Assembly (NCBI GenBank): GCA_964578335.1
Contig: CAZOCQ010000004.1
Coordinates: 1 to 38,730, forward strand
DNA: 38,730 bases
Direction of reading: 5' to 3'
Source of the DNA: an uncultured Desulfobacca sp.
GTDB taxonomy: Bacteria; Desulfobacterota; Desulfobaccia; Desulfobaccales; 0-14-0-80-60-11
Shown: piece after piece, positions 24,972-32,884 of the stretch
Layout: every line of letters starts with the position of its first letter
Position numbering within the stretch: position 1 is the stretch's first letter
Program-made: the position numbers and the translations under genes
Notes under the pieces: generated by a model
Told to the model about the DNA's origin: nothing
What the model saw: the letters and a program-made list of their open reading frames with translations, nothing else
The model's database searches: none

Positions 24972-26711
24972 ATGGTCCTCAAGAAACCGGCTCTCACGCC
25001 AGGTAAACGCGGTTGGCTCCTGTTGGCTTTACTGCTGTTGGCGCTCTTGGCCGGCGACGCCGGCGCCGCAGATCATCTCCATGTGGCCGGATCAGTGAAA
25101 AACCCTCAGGGGAAGGGGGTTAAAGATGTGGTGGTGCAGGTGACGGTGAACGGCCGGCCCCTGCAACCCCGTGGAAAAGAGGGCGACGTGCGCACCGGAG
25201 CCCGGGGCAGCTTTGCGGCGGAATTCATCCTGCCGGCCGGGGCGCCGGCCGGAGCCGAGATGCGCATCCAGGCCGCCAAACCAGCCTGGCGGCCTTCAGG
25301 ACCCATGCCACTGAAGCTGCTGCCAGGGGGTGTGGACGGGGCCGGCAATCACCTTGTTTACGCCCAGGAACACCTAACCTTGGAACGACAGGTCACCCCG
25401 GCCTTCTGGCTGGCCACCCTCATCTTGCTCTTGGTATATCTCATCATCGCCCTGGAATGGCTGCACCGCACCCTGGCCGCGCTGCTGGGCGCCACCTTGA
25501 TGCTCTTCATCTCCTACACGCTGGGTGTCTTCAATCCGGCCTATTTCATTCTGTCCTTTGAAGACGCCATGCATGCCATGGACATGAATGTGATCTTTCT
25601 GTTGCTGGGCATGATGATCATTGTGGGGGTTATCAAGAAAACCGGCATGTTCCAGTGGCTGGCTTATAAGAGCTACGCCCTGGCCCGGGGCAATGTTTTT
25701 ATCCTGGCAGTCCTTTTTATGTGGATTACCGCCGTGGTTTCGGCCTTTCTGGACAATGTCACCACCATGCTGCTCATGATCCCGGTGACCATAGAAATTG
25801 CCCTGACCCTGAAAATCAACCCCATCACCCTCCTGATCCCGGAAGTGTTCGCCTCCAACGTGGGGGGGACGGCCACCCTCATCGGCGACCCGCCTAACAT
25901 CCTCATCGGCTCCTACGCCAACCTCACCTTTGGCCAGTTTGTCCTCAATCTGACGGGAATCTGCACGATTTGTATGGTCGTCACCGCGGTTTATTATGCC
26001 TTCTGGTATCAAAAGGACTATCTTCAGGCCGAAGTCAAGGACGTCCAGGCCACCATCGCCTCCCTGCGGGAGGAATACCGCATCACCGACCGGAAGCTCT
26101 TGGCCTGGTGCCTGGGGCTGCTGGGCCTGACGATCTTTCTGTTCATCATTCACGGCTGGCTCCACATGCAGCCTTCGGTGGCCGCCCTGACCGGGGCCAT
26201 GCTCCTCTTGGTTTTTTCCCGGGTGGATATCGTGGAGATGCTGGAACACGAGGTGGAATGGCCCACCCTGGTCTTTTTCATGGCTCTGTTCATGGTTATT
26301 GCCGGGGCGGAGGAGACCGGGTTGATTCAGTTTATCGCCGAGTGGGTGCGCCAGGTCTCCGGGGGGTCCCTCACCAGGGCCGTCATCATGGTCCTGTGGG
26401 TCTCCGCCATCGCCTCGGCCTTTATCGACAACATCCCCTTCACCGCCACCATGCTCCCCATCATCGCTTTTCTCAATCAAACCATCCCCGGGGCCGACAG
26501 CGGCGTCCTATGGTGGTCCCTGGCGCTGGGGGCCTGCCTGGGCGGCAACGGCACCATGATCGGGGCCTCGGCCAACGTGGTGACCGTGGGCCTGGCGGAG
26601 CGGGCCGGCTACCGGATTTCCTTTCTCTCCTACATGAAGGCCTGCTTTGTTCCCATGCTCATCACGGTCACCCTCTCCATGATTTTCCTGCTGCTGGCTT
26701 ACCGATACTAG
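24972..26711 (+). CDS. ArsB/NhaD-superfamily permease with an N-terminal signal peptide and ~100-aa extracytoplasmic extension
   Basis: FLDNVTTMLLMIPVT and FIDNIPFTATMLP are typical of ArsB/NhaD/citrate-transporter-like permeases. The N-terminus LLLALLLLALLAGDAGAA looks like a signal peptide. Confidence 0.8.
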   Translation: MVLKKPALTPGKRGWLLLALLLLALLAGDAGAADHLHVAGSVKNPQGKGVKDVVVQVTVNGRPLQPRGKEGDVRTGARGSFAAEFILPAGAPAGAEMRIQAAKPAWRPSGPMPLKLLPGGVDGAGNHLVYAQEHLTLERQVTPAFWLATLILLLVYLIIALEWLHRTLAALLGATLMLFISYTLGVFNPAYFILSFEDAMHAMDMNVIFLLLGMMIIVGVIKKTGMFQWLAYKSYALARGNVFILAVLFMWITAVVSAFLDNVTTMLLMIPVTIEIALTLKINPITLLIPEVFASNVGGTATLIGDPPNILIGSYANLTFGQFVLNLTGICTICMVVTAVYYAFWYQKDYLQAEVKDVQATIASLREEYRITDRKLLAWCLGLLGLTIFLFIIHGWLHMQPSVAALTGAMLLLVFSRVDIVEMLEHEVEWPTLVFFMALFMVIAGAEETGLIQFIAEWVRQVSGGSLTRAVIMVLWVSAIASAFIDNIPFTATMLPIIAFLNQTIPGADSGVLWWSLALGACLGGNGTMIGASANVVTVGLAERAGYRISFLSYMKACFVPMLITVTLSMIFLLLAYRY

Positions 26712-26748
26712 TTTTCAGAAACCGTGGACAATCCTGGAAAAATTAGAT

Positions 26749-28563
26749 ATGTGTATTGGTATGGGCGATGCGGAATCCACGGCTGTCATGGCTCCTTCCG
26801 CTCCCTCCCCCACTCCGGAGGAGCTTATCGAGGGGGAGGGAAGAAAAGAAAGGCTGGGACAATGGTCCGCCACGGCCATTTGTGGCAATGACATCACCTC
26901 CTCCTGTCTCTATGTATCCGCCATCGCCACCGTCTATGCCCAGGCTCTGGCCCCGGTAGCCCTCCTTATCGTCGCCGGCATTCTTTTCTTATACCGCAAA
27001 ATCTACACCGAGGTGGTGGAAGCCCTGCCCCTGAACGGTGGGGCATACAACTGCCTGTTAAACAGCACCCGCAAGTTCACCGCCTCATTTGCCGCCTGTC
27101 TAACCCTGTTGTCCTACCTGGCTACCGCGGTGATTTCCGCCAAAACCGGGGTGGAATACCTAGATAATCTGTTACCGTTTATACCCACCATGGAAACCAC
27201 TGCACTGGTGCTGATCATTTTTGCCGCTCTCACCATCATCGGTATTACGGAATCAGCCCGGGTGGCCCTGGTCATCTTTATCGTCCACCTATCCTGTCTG
27301 ACCTTTTTTGTCCTCTTGAGTATCCCGGCATTCTTAAAATCCCCCCAGGTCTTGATGCAGAATTGGAACTTGCTCCTTCAGGATGCTAACTGGCCCAAGG
27401 CCCTGTTCCTTGGAGTTTCCGCGGCTATGCTGGGGGTAAGCGGCTTTGAAAGCTCCGCCAATTTCGTGGAACAGCAGCAACACGGGGTGTTTCGCAAGAC
27501 CTTGCGGAACATGTGGATAGCCGTCACCATTTTCAACCCCCTGATCGCCCTGCTGGCCCTGGGCTTGATGCCGGTGGCCGGCATCAGTCATCACCAGGAA
27601 GACTTGCTTTCCTGGTTGGGACTTAAAGTCGGCGGCAATTTTTTCCACGACTTCATAGTTCTCGATGCGTTCCTGGTGCTCTCCGGCGCGGTGCTGACCA
27701 GCTACGTGGGCATTACCGGTCTGGTGCACCGCATGACCCTGGACCAGTGCTTCCCCCAATTTTTCCTCAAGACCAACCGGCGTGGCACCTATCATCGCAT
27801 CATCCTCAGCTTTATGATCTTGTGCATCTCCATTCTGTACCTCACCGGTGGGAAACTCCTCTCCCTGGCCGGGGTCTACACCATTTCTTTTCTGGGGGTT
27901 ATGACGCTCTTTGGGATCGGCAACATTCTCCTCAAAATAAACCGGAAAGAACTCAAGCGCACCTACCGGGCCTCCTGGATTACCGTGATTCTGGGAGCCC
28001 TGGCCACTACCCTGGGCATTATCGGCAATATCATCATTGACTACCGCTTCCTCCTCTATTTTATGGTGTACTTTATTCCCGCGGTGTTAGTGGTGGGCGT
28101 GATGTATGGCCGTATCCCCATTTACAAAGGCATTCTTACTCTCATCAATGAGGCCTTCGAACGCCTGTTTATCTGGCGCAGCACGGTCATTGATAAGATT
28201 ACCGACATCACCAACATGCGCTTGGTGCTGTTTGTCCGGGGCGGACGCCTGTACCGGTTGTCCAAGGCTTTTGAATACATCGCCCAGAACGAATCCAGCC
28301 AGAAAATCACTGTGGTGCGCCTTTATACGGAGTTGAATCAGGCGGAAGAAGATGAATTGAAAAATAGTCTTAAGATCATGCAGGAATTGTATCCGGACCT
28401 CAAGATCGATTATCTCTCCCGGCAGGGACAATTCGGCCCGGCCATCGTAGACAGCATCGCAAATGAACTCAAGGTCCCGAAAAACAACATCTTTATCGGC
28501 GCTCCGGAGGAAAAGCACCGTTTTTCCGTGGAAGATCTGGGTGGGGTCCGGGTAATTTTTTGA
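26749..28563 (+). CDS. APC-superfamily (amino acid/polyamine/organocation) permease with a ~170-aa C-terminal soluble domain
   Basis: Multi-TM protein. The N-terminal region CGNDITSSCLYV...EALPLNGGAYNCL resembles APC permeases. The start is uncertain (ATG 26749 or 26761). Confidence 0.75.
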   Translation: MCIGMGDAESTAVMAPSAPSPTPEELIEGEGRKERLGQWSATAICGNDITSSCLYVSAIATVYAQALAPVALLIVAGILFLYRKIYTEVVEALPLNGGAYNCLLNSTRKFTASFAACLTLLSYLATAVISAKTGVEYLDNLLPFIPTMETTALVLIIFAALTIIGITESARVALVIFIVHLSCLTFFVLLSIPAFLKSPQVLMQNWNLLLQDANWPKALFLGVSAAMLGVSGFESSANFVEQQQHGVFRKTLRNMWIAVTIFNPLIALLALGLMPVAGISHHQEDLLSWLGLKVGGNFFHDFIVLDAFLVLSGAVLTSYVGITGLVHRMTLDQCFPQFFLKTNRRGTYHRIILSFMILCISILYLTGGKLLSLAGVYTISFLGVMTLFGIGNILLKINRKELKRTYRASWITVILGALATTLGIIGNIIIDYRFLLYFMVYFIPAVLVVGVMYGRIPIYKGILTLINEAFERLFIWRSTVIDKITDITNMRLVLFVRGGRLYRLSKAFEYIAQNESSQKITVVRLYTELNQAEEDELKNSLKIMQELYPDLKIDYLSRQGQFGPAIVDSIANELKVPKNNIFIGAPEEKHRFSVEDLGGVRVIF

Positions 28564-28651
28564 GGTGACACCCAATCTTGGCTTTTCCTAGCCCCAACCC
28601 TCGCCGCAAACCCAGGCCCCGCTTTTTCCCCCTGCAAGTTGAATCCCTTTG

Positions 28652-29314
28652 CTATCGAATTTCCCGCAAACGTATGATGTCTTGTTCCTTGCCGATCATT
28701 ACCAGGATGTCGCTGGGCTTGATGACGAAATCCGGGGGAGGCAGGAAGACAAAGCGACTGGGCACCAGCTCCTTGATGGCCAAAATAAAAACGCCGAACC
28801 TTCGCCGCAGGTCCAACTCGACCAGGGTATGGCCGTAGAAGCTGTCCGGCGGGGCGACGTCCATGACTCGGTAGTCTTCCTCTAAAGGAATGAAGTCCAG
28901 CAGATTGGGGTTGATCAGCTGCGCCGCCAGGCGGCGCGCCGTTTCCCGCTCGGGAAAGATGATTTCGCTGGCTCCAATGGCTCTGAGGATGGCGGCGTGG
29001 TCCTCGGTGGTGGCCTTGGCCCAGATGCGCCTCACCCCGATCTTTTTCAAGTGCAACGTGGCCATAATGCTGGATTCCAGACTTTCCCCCATGCTGACGA
29101 TGCCCTCGTCAAAATCCCGCGTAACCACGGAGCTCAGGGCGTGAAAGTCACGCACATCCACAATCAAGGCCCGTTGCACCTTGTCGAGGATGGCCTCCAC
29201 CATGGCCTCTTCCCGGTCCAGGGCCAAGACCTCACACTCTTTGGCCAACTGCTGGGCCAACTCCCGCCCGAACTCTCCCAAACCGATGACAACGATGTGT
29301 TTTTTTTCTTTCAT
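28652..29314 (-). CDS. trkA: Trk/Ktr potassium-uptake NAD-binding regulatory subunit (RCK N+C), 220 aa
   Basis: VVIGLGEFGRELAQQL is a Rossmann motif, followed by a TrkA-C-like C-terminus. ATG 29314 overlaps the trkH stop (ATGA). The longer ORF to 29581 runs inside trkH. Confidence 0.9.
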   Translation of the reverse strand: MKEKKHIVVIGLGEFGRELAQQLAKECEVLALDREEAMVEAILDKVQRALIVDVRDFHALSSVVTRDFDEGIVSMGESLESSIMATLHLKKIGVRRIWAKATTEDHAAILRAIGASEIIFPERETARRLAAQLINPNLLDFIPLEEDYRVMDVAPPDSFYGHTLVELDLRRRFGVFILAIKELVPSRFVFLPPPDFVIKPSDILVMIGKEQDIIRLREIR

Positions 29315-30690
29315 CCGATCAATATCCTGCCTTCGGGATATTTCACATGCGTGGGTGTCCCGGGGAGAACTCCCATGGCGATGGTCAGCGGCCCCAGGCG
29401 GCCCACGAACATGGTGGCCGTAATCCAGAGGCGGCCGACCTCCGTCAGTTTTTCCGTCAGCCCGGTGGACAGACCCACCGTGCCGAAGGCGGAAATTTGC
29501 TCGAACAGGACATCGTGCAGGCCCACCCCGGGACGGCCGGTTTCCGTGCATAACAACAGCATCACCCCTGCCAGGTTCCAAAGGACCGACAGGCGGATCA
29601 ACACCATGACACGATCCAGAATCGGTTTGGGGACTCGGCGGTCCAGGAGGACCACCTGGTCCTCGCCCTTCAGTTTGGCCCGGAACTCTGCCATGGAGAT
29701 GGCCAGCGCCGTGGTCTTGACGCCGCCGGCGCAGGAGCCGGGGGAGCCGCCGACGAACATGAGCAGGGTGATGAGCAGCAAGGAAGCTAACGGCATGATG
29801 CCGATGTCCACCGTGTTGAACCCTGCAGTGCGGGCGGTGATGGATTGAAACAGAGCACAGGACAGTTTCATGCCCCAGGTAGTCTCCGCCGGCGTCTGGC
29901 CCAAGAGGAGGATGCCCAGCCAGCCGATCGCGATCAACGCTAGGGTCGTCCTCAGGACTACCCGGGAATGGGTGGAGGGGGAATTGGGGCCGGCCGGCGC
30001 CGAACCGGACAGACGGCTGCGGCCGTGGTGCAAGAGTTCCGAAAGCACCATGTGGCCCAGGCCCCCCAAGACGATAAGGGACATGATCGTGGTCATGATG
30101 ACCGGGCTGTCCCGCACGCAGATGAGATTATCCTTGTAAATGGAGAAGCCCGCATTGCAAAACGCAGAAATGGAATGGAAGAAGGCGGAAAACAGGGCTT
30201 GCAGAACTGGAACCTGACGCCACAGCAGGGCCAGGAAAATCAAGAATAGGCCGGCCAGTTCAATGCCAGCCGTAATTAGTAATATCTGGAAAAACTTTCT
30301 TTTAAATTCGATGCCAAGATCCCGTTGGAAAAAGGCGTCTTGCAAGGCGGCCTGGGAGGCCAGGGACAGGCGCCGGCCCAGCATGAGATAAGCCAGGGCG
30401 GCAAAGGTCATGATGCCCAGACCGCCTATTTGGATCAGGGCCACGATCACCGTTTGGCCAAACAGAGTGTAGGCCGTGCCCGTGTCCACCACCACCAGGC
30501 CGGTGACGCAGACCGCCGAAGTGGCAGTGAACAGGGCGTCCACAAAGCCTACCTCGCCTTTGGTTTGGGACCACGGCGACAAGAGAAGCAGGGTACCCAC
30601 CAGAATGACTCCCGCAAAGCCCCCGATCAATAAAGCCTGGGGTACCTTGCCGTAGGGCAGGAGGCGTTTGAACAGAGGTTCTTTAGCCAT
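29311..30690 (-). CDS. trkH: Trk/Ktr potassium transporter membrane subunit
   Basis: TATSAVCVTGL, IQIGGLG, SAFCNAGFS and FGTVGLSTG are selectivity-filter-like repeats of the TrkH/KtrB family. Confidence 0.9.
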   Translation of the reverse strand: MAKEPLFKRLLPYGKVPQALLIGGFAGVILVGTLLLLSPWSQTKGEVGFVDALFTATSAVCVTGLVVVDTGTAYTLFGQTVIVALIQIGGLGIMTFAALAYLMLGRRLSLASQAALQDAFFQRDLGIEFKRKFFQILLITAGIELAGLFLIFLALLWRQVPVLQALFSAFFHSISAFCNAGFSIYKDNLICVRDSPVIMTTIMSLIVLGGLGHMVLSELLHHGRSRLSGSAPAGPNSPSTHSRVVLRTTLALIAIGWLGILLLGQTPAETTWGMKLSCALFQSITARTAGFNTVDIGIMPLASLLLITLLMFVGGSPGSCAGGVKTTALAISMAEFRAKLKGEDQVVLLDRRVPKPILDRVMVLIRLSVLWNLAGVMLLLCTETGRPGVGLHDVLFEQISAFGTVGLSTGLTEKLTEVGRLWITATMFVGRLGPLTIAMGVLPGTPTHVKYPEGRILIG

Positions 30691-30837
30691 GGCAAGATTT
30701 TATTAGGAGAGAGTTATTTTGGAAATAGGAAATTCCGTGCTTTAGCTTTAAGATATTTACCATAGATACAGAATTTGAGAAAACTATATACTTCTTTTGA
30801 AGAGCGCCCCTAACCAAATATAACTGAGGTTCCTGCC

Positions 30838-31202
30838 TTGAAAATCATCATTGTTGGCGCGGGCGAGGTCGGTTATCACTTCGCCGAATGGCTGTCCCAG
30901 GAAAAAAGGACGTGGTGGCCATCGACATCAACCCTGAAGCTCTCCAGCGAGTCAGCGATCACCTGGATGTGCAGACCCTGCAAGGCTCCGGCTCCAATCC
31001 GCGGGTGCTTGAAGAGTCGGGCCGGAAAACCGCGGACATTATCCTGGCGGTCACCGACAAGGACGAAGTCAATCTCATCGTTTGCTTCTTCGCCAACGTC
31101 ATCGACCCTCATATCCAGAAAGCGGCGCTCATCCGCAACCCGGACTATATATCTTACCGGGAGGCCCTCACCCGGGACATTCTCAACATCGGCCTGGTCA
31201 TC
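30838..31202 (+). pseudogene. trkA: Long-type trkA N-terminal fragment, frameshifted in an A6 run and truncated
   Basis: MKIIIVGAGEVGYHFAEWLSQEK (frame of TTG 30838) continues as KDVVAIDINPEAL...IRNPDYISY...NIGLVI in the +1 frame after the A-run at 30902-30907. TrkA similarity stops at about residue 121. Confidence 0.75.
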
Positions 31203-31335
31203 CATCTCCATCACAGTGGATATATATGGCCATTGGATTCCGGGAGAAGGGAAAAAAGACTTGCTGAAAGCCTTACGGGGACCAAGCGCCCGCCCGGGAC
31301 GGACTCTGACCGTGGTCACGAAGGGGAAAGAATAG
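31198..31335 (+). mobile_element. Tyrosine recombinase (phage-type integrase) C-terminal remnant
   Basis: SSISITVDIYGHWIPGEGKKDL matches the HSS-I-x-T-x-D-x-Y-x-H catalytic-Tyr end of integrases. Only ~45 codons remain and there is no upstream integrase sequence. Confidence 0.65.
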
Positions 31336-31336
31336 G

Positions 31337-31434
31337 GTGGGCCATTTCCGCCCACGCGGCACACATGCGTGGCTGTCACTTCTGCTGGTTTTTAGACCCC
31401 CTGTATGTGGGCGGATTGTGGGCCATATGTGGGC
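31337..31434. repeat. GTGGGC core repeats, including three copies phased at 11 bp
   Basis: TGTGGGC lies at 31406, 31417 and 31428, exactly 11 bp apart. GTGGGC (31337-42) and its inverse GCCCAC (31350-55) are also present. Confidence 0.7.
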
Positions 31435-31440
31435 AGAAGC

Positions 31441-31475
31441 CAAAAACAAAAGGCGTAACTCCTTGGAATTACGCC
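31441..31475 (-). terminator. Intrinsic terminator after tRNA-Leu
   Basis: On the minus strand, GGCGTAAtTCC-aa-GGAgTTACGCC is followed by TTTTGTTTTTG, 14 nt past the tRNA 3' end. Confidence 0.7.
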
Positions 31476-31488
31476 TAATATATTAACA

Positions 31489-31574
31489 TGGTGCCGAAGG
31501 CGGGATTTGAACCCGCACGGGTCTCCCCACCACCCCCTCAAGATGGCGTGTCTACCAGGTTCCACCACTTCGGC
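31489..31574 (-). tRNA. tRNA-Leu (anticodon GAG), 86 nt, CCA encoded
   Basis: Acceptor stem GCCGAAG/CTTCGGC. T-arm GCGGG-TTCAAAT-CCCGC. Anticodon stem CCATC/GGTGG with loop TTGAGGG. Long variable arm. It lies 10 nt downstream of secG, the same arrangement as E. coli secG-leuU. Confidence 0.9.
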
Positions 31575-31584
31575 ACAGGCTGCC

Positions 31585-31938
31585 TCATTTGGCCGGGGGC
31601 TCCGCCGGAGCCTGCGGGCTGGGGACGGCCGGCGTTTCCGGTTTCACCGGCGCCGCGGGCGCAGGTTGGCTGATGGGAGGCTTGGCGGCCCCTTTCATCA
31701 CCGAGACCTCTTTTTGACGCCCCAGGAAGGTGAGGCCCAGGGAGGTGACCATGAAGAGAATGGCCACCGCCGCGGTGAGCTTGGCCAGAAAGGGGGCGGC
31801 GCCGGTGGAGCCGAAGACCGTCTGGCTGGAGCCGCCGAAGGCCGCGCCGATGCCGGCGCCCTTGCCGTGCTGCAAGAGCACGATGAAGATCAAGGCCAGA
31901 GAAACGATGATATGGACGATGACGATGATGGTGGTCAT
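31585..31938 (-). CDS. secG: Preprotein translocase subunit SecG
   Basis: VLLQHGKGAGIGAAFGGSSQTVFGSTGAAPFLAKLT is the SecG signature. A Pro/Ala-rich tail follows. Confidence 0.9.
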   Translation of the reverse strand: MTTIIVIVHIIVSLALIFIVLLQHGKGAGIGAAFGGSSQTVFGSTGAAPFLAKLTAAVAILFMVTSLGLTFLGRQKEVSVMKGAAKPPISQPAPAAPVKPETPAVPSPQAPAEPPAK

Positions 31939-31947
31939 AACATTATT

Positions 31948-31976
31948 AATATAGAAAACTTAAGCACGGGATGCAA
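31948..31976 (-). promoter_or_regulatory. Sigma-70-like promoter TTGCAT-17-TATATT immediately upstream of secG
   Basis: -35 at 31971-31976 and -10 at 31948-31953 (minus strand). This leaves only a ~3-5-nt leader, and there is no SD before ATG 31938. Confidence 0.3.
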
Positions 31977-31985
31977 GACTTTCGT

Positions 31986-32013
31986 GGTTTTCGGTTTTCG
32001 GTTTTCGGTTTTC
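31986..32013. repeat. Tandem heptamer (GGTTTTC)x4
   Basis: Four perfect contiguous copies at 31986-32013, with a degenerate ACTTTCGT just before. On the secG strand it reads (GAAAACC)x4 directly upstream of the candidate -35. Confidence 0.9.
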
Positions 32014-32125
32014 GGCTGAATAATTAACTGGTATCAATTGGTTATCCCTTGGGGGACATGGCCAGCGCCATATCTTTGGCAGCCGCCCTCGGCGGTTCAG
32101 CCCCACCTGGTGCGTGAGACGCACC

Positions 32126-32884
32126 CTACGTAGCCGCGGCGATGATGCCCAGGAAGGAGGCGGCCTTCAGCGAGGCCCCGCCCACCAGGGCGCCGTCAAT
32201 ATCGGTTTCGGCCAGCAGAGAGGCGGCGTTGTCCGGGGTGACGCTGCCGCCGTAGAGGAGGCGCATCTCCTCGGCCGCGGCGTGGAAGAATTCCCGCAGG
32301 CGGCTGCGGATGAAGGCGTGGACCTCCTGGGCCTGGGCCGGGGTGGCGGTGAGGCCGGTGCCGATGGCCCAGACCGGTTCATAGGCCAGGACCAGCTGGG
32401 CCCCGGTGAGGGTGCCCAGGCCGGCCAGACCAGCTTCGAGCTGGCGGCTCACCACCGCCAGGGTCTGTTCCGCCTGGCGCTCCTCTAAAGTCTCGCCGAT
32501 GCAGCAGATGGGGCACAACCCGACTTCCAGGACGGCCTTGAGCTTGCGGTTCACCGTGGCGTCGGTTTCACCGAAATACTGCCGGCGCTCGGAATGGCCG
32601 ATGATGACGTAACGGCAGCCCACGTCCTGGAGCATCAGCGGCGAGATGGCCCCGGTGTAGGCCCCCTGCCGTTCCCAATAGGCGTCCTGCCCGGCCAGGG
32701 CGAGGCCGGAGCCGGCCAGTTCCGCCGCCACCGCGGCCAGGGCGGTGAAGGGCGGGGCCAAAACAACTTCCGCGGCCGCGCCCGGCTTGATTCCCTGGCG
32801 CACTTCCCGGGCCAGGATCCGGGCCTCTTCCAGGGTCTTGTGCATCTTCCAGTTGGCCGCGATCAGATACCGGCGTCTAGACAT
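32126..32884 (-). CDS. tpiA: Triosephosphate isomerase
   Basis: [18 protein letters not shown] and [11 protein letters not shown] are present. ATG 32884 (MSRRRYL) lies inside ORF 32126..32980 and overlaps the pgk stop by 8 nt. Confidence 0.9.
   Translation of the reverse strand: MSRRRYLIAANWKMHKTLEEARILAREVRQGIKPGAAAEVVLAPPFTALAAVAAELAGSGLALAGQDAYWERQGAYTGAISPLMLQDVGCRYVIIGHSERRQYFGETDATVNRKLKAVLEVGLCPICCIGETLEERQAEQTLAVVSRQLEAGLAGLGTLTGAQLVLAYEPVWAIGTGLTATPAQAQEVHAFIRSRLREFFHAAAEEMRLLYGGSVTPDNAASLLAETDIDGALVGGASLKAASFLGIIAAAT

Noticed and set aside
18400-31340. One large genomic island stretching from the integrase remnant leftwards.
   Set aside because: GC is not uniformly low (the trkH spot count is 39/60). 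No att-like repeat of the tRNA-Leu 3' end was seen in the window. The genes are ordinary regulators and transporters. Only the local scar at 31.2-31.5 kb is supported.
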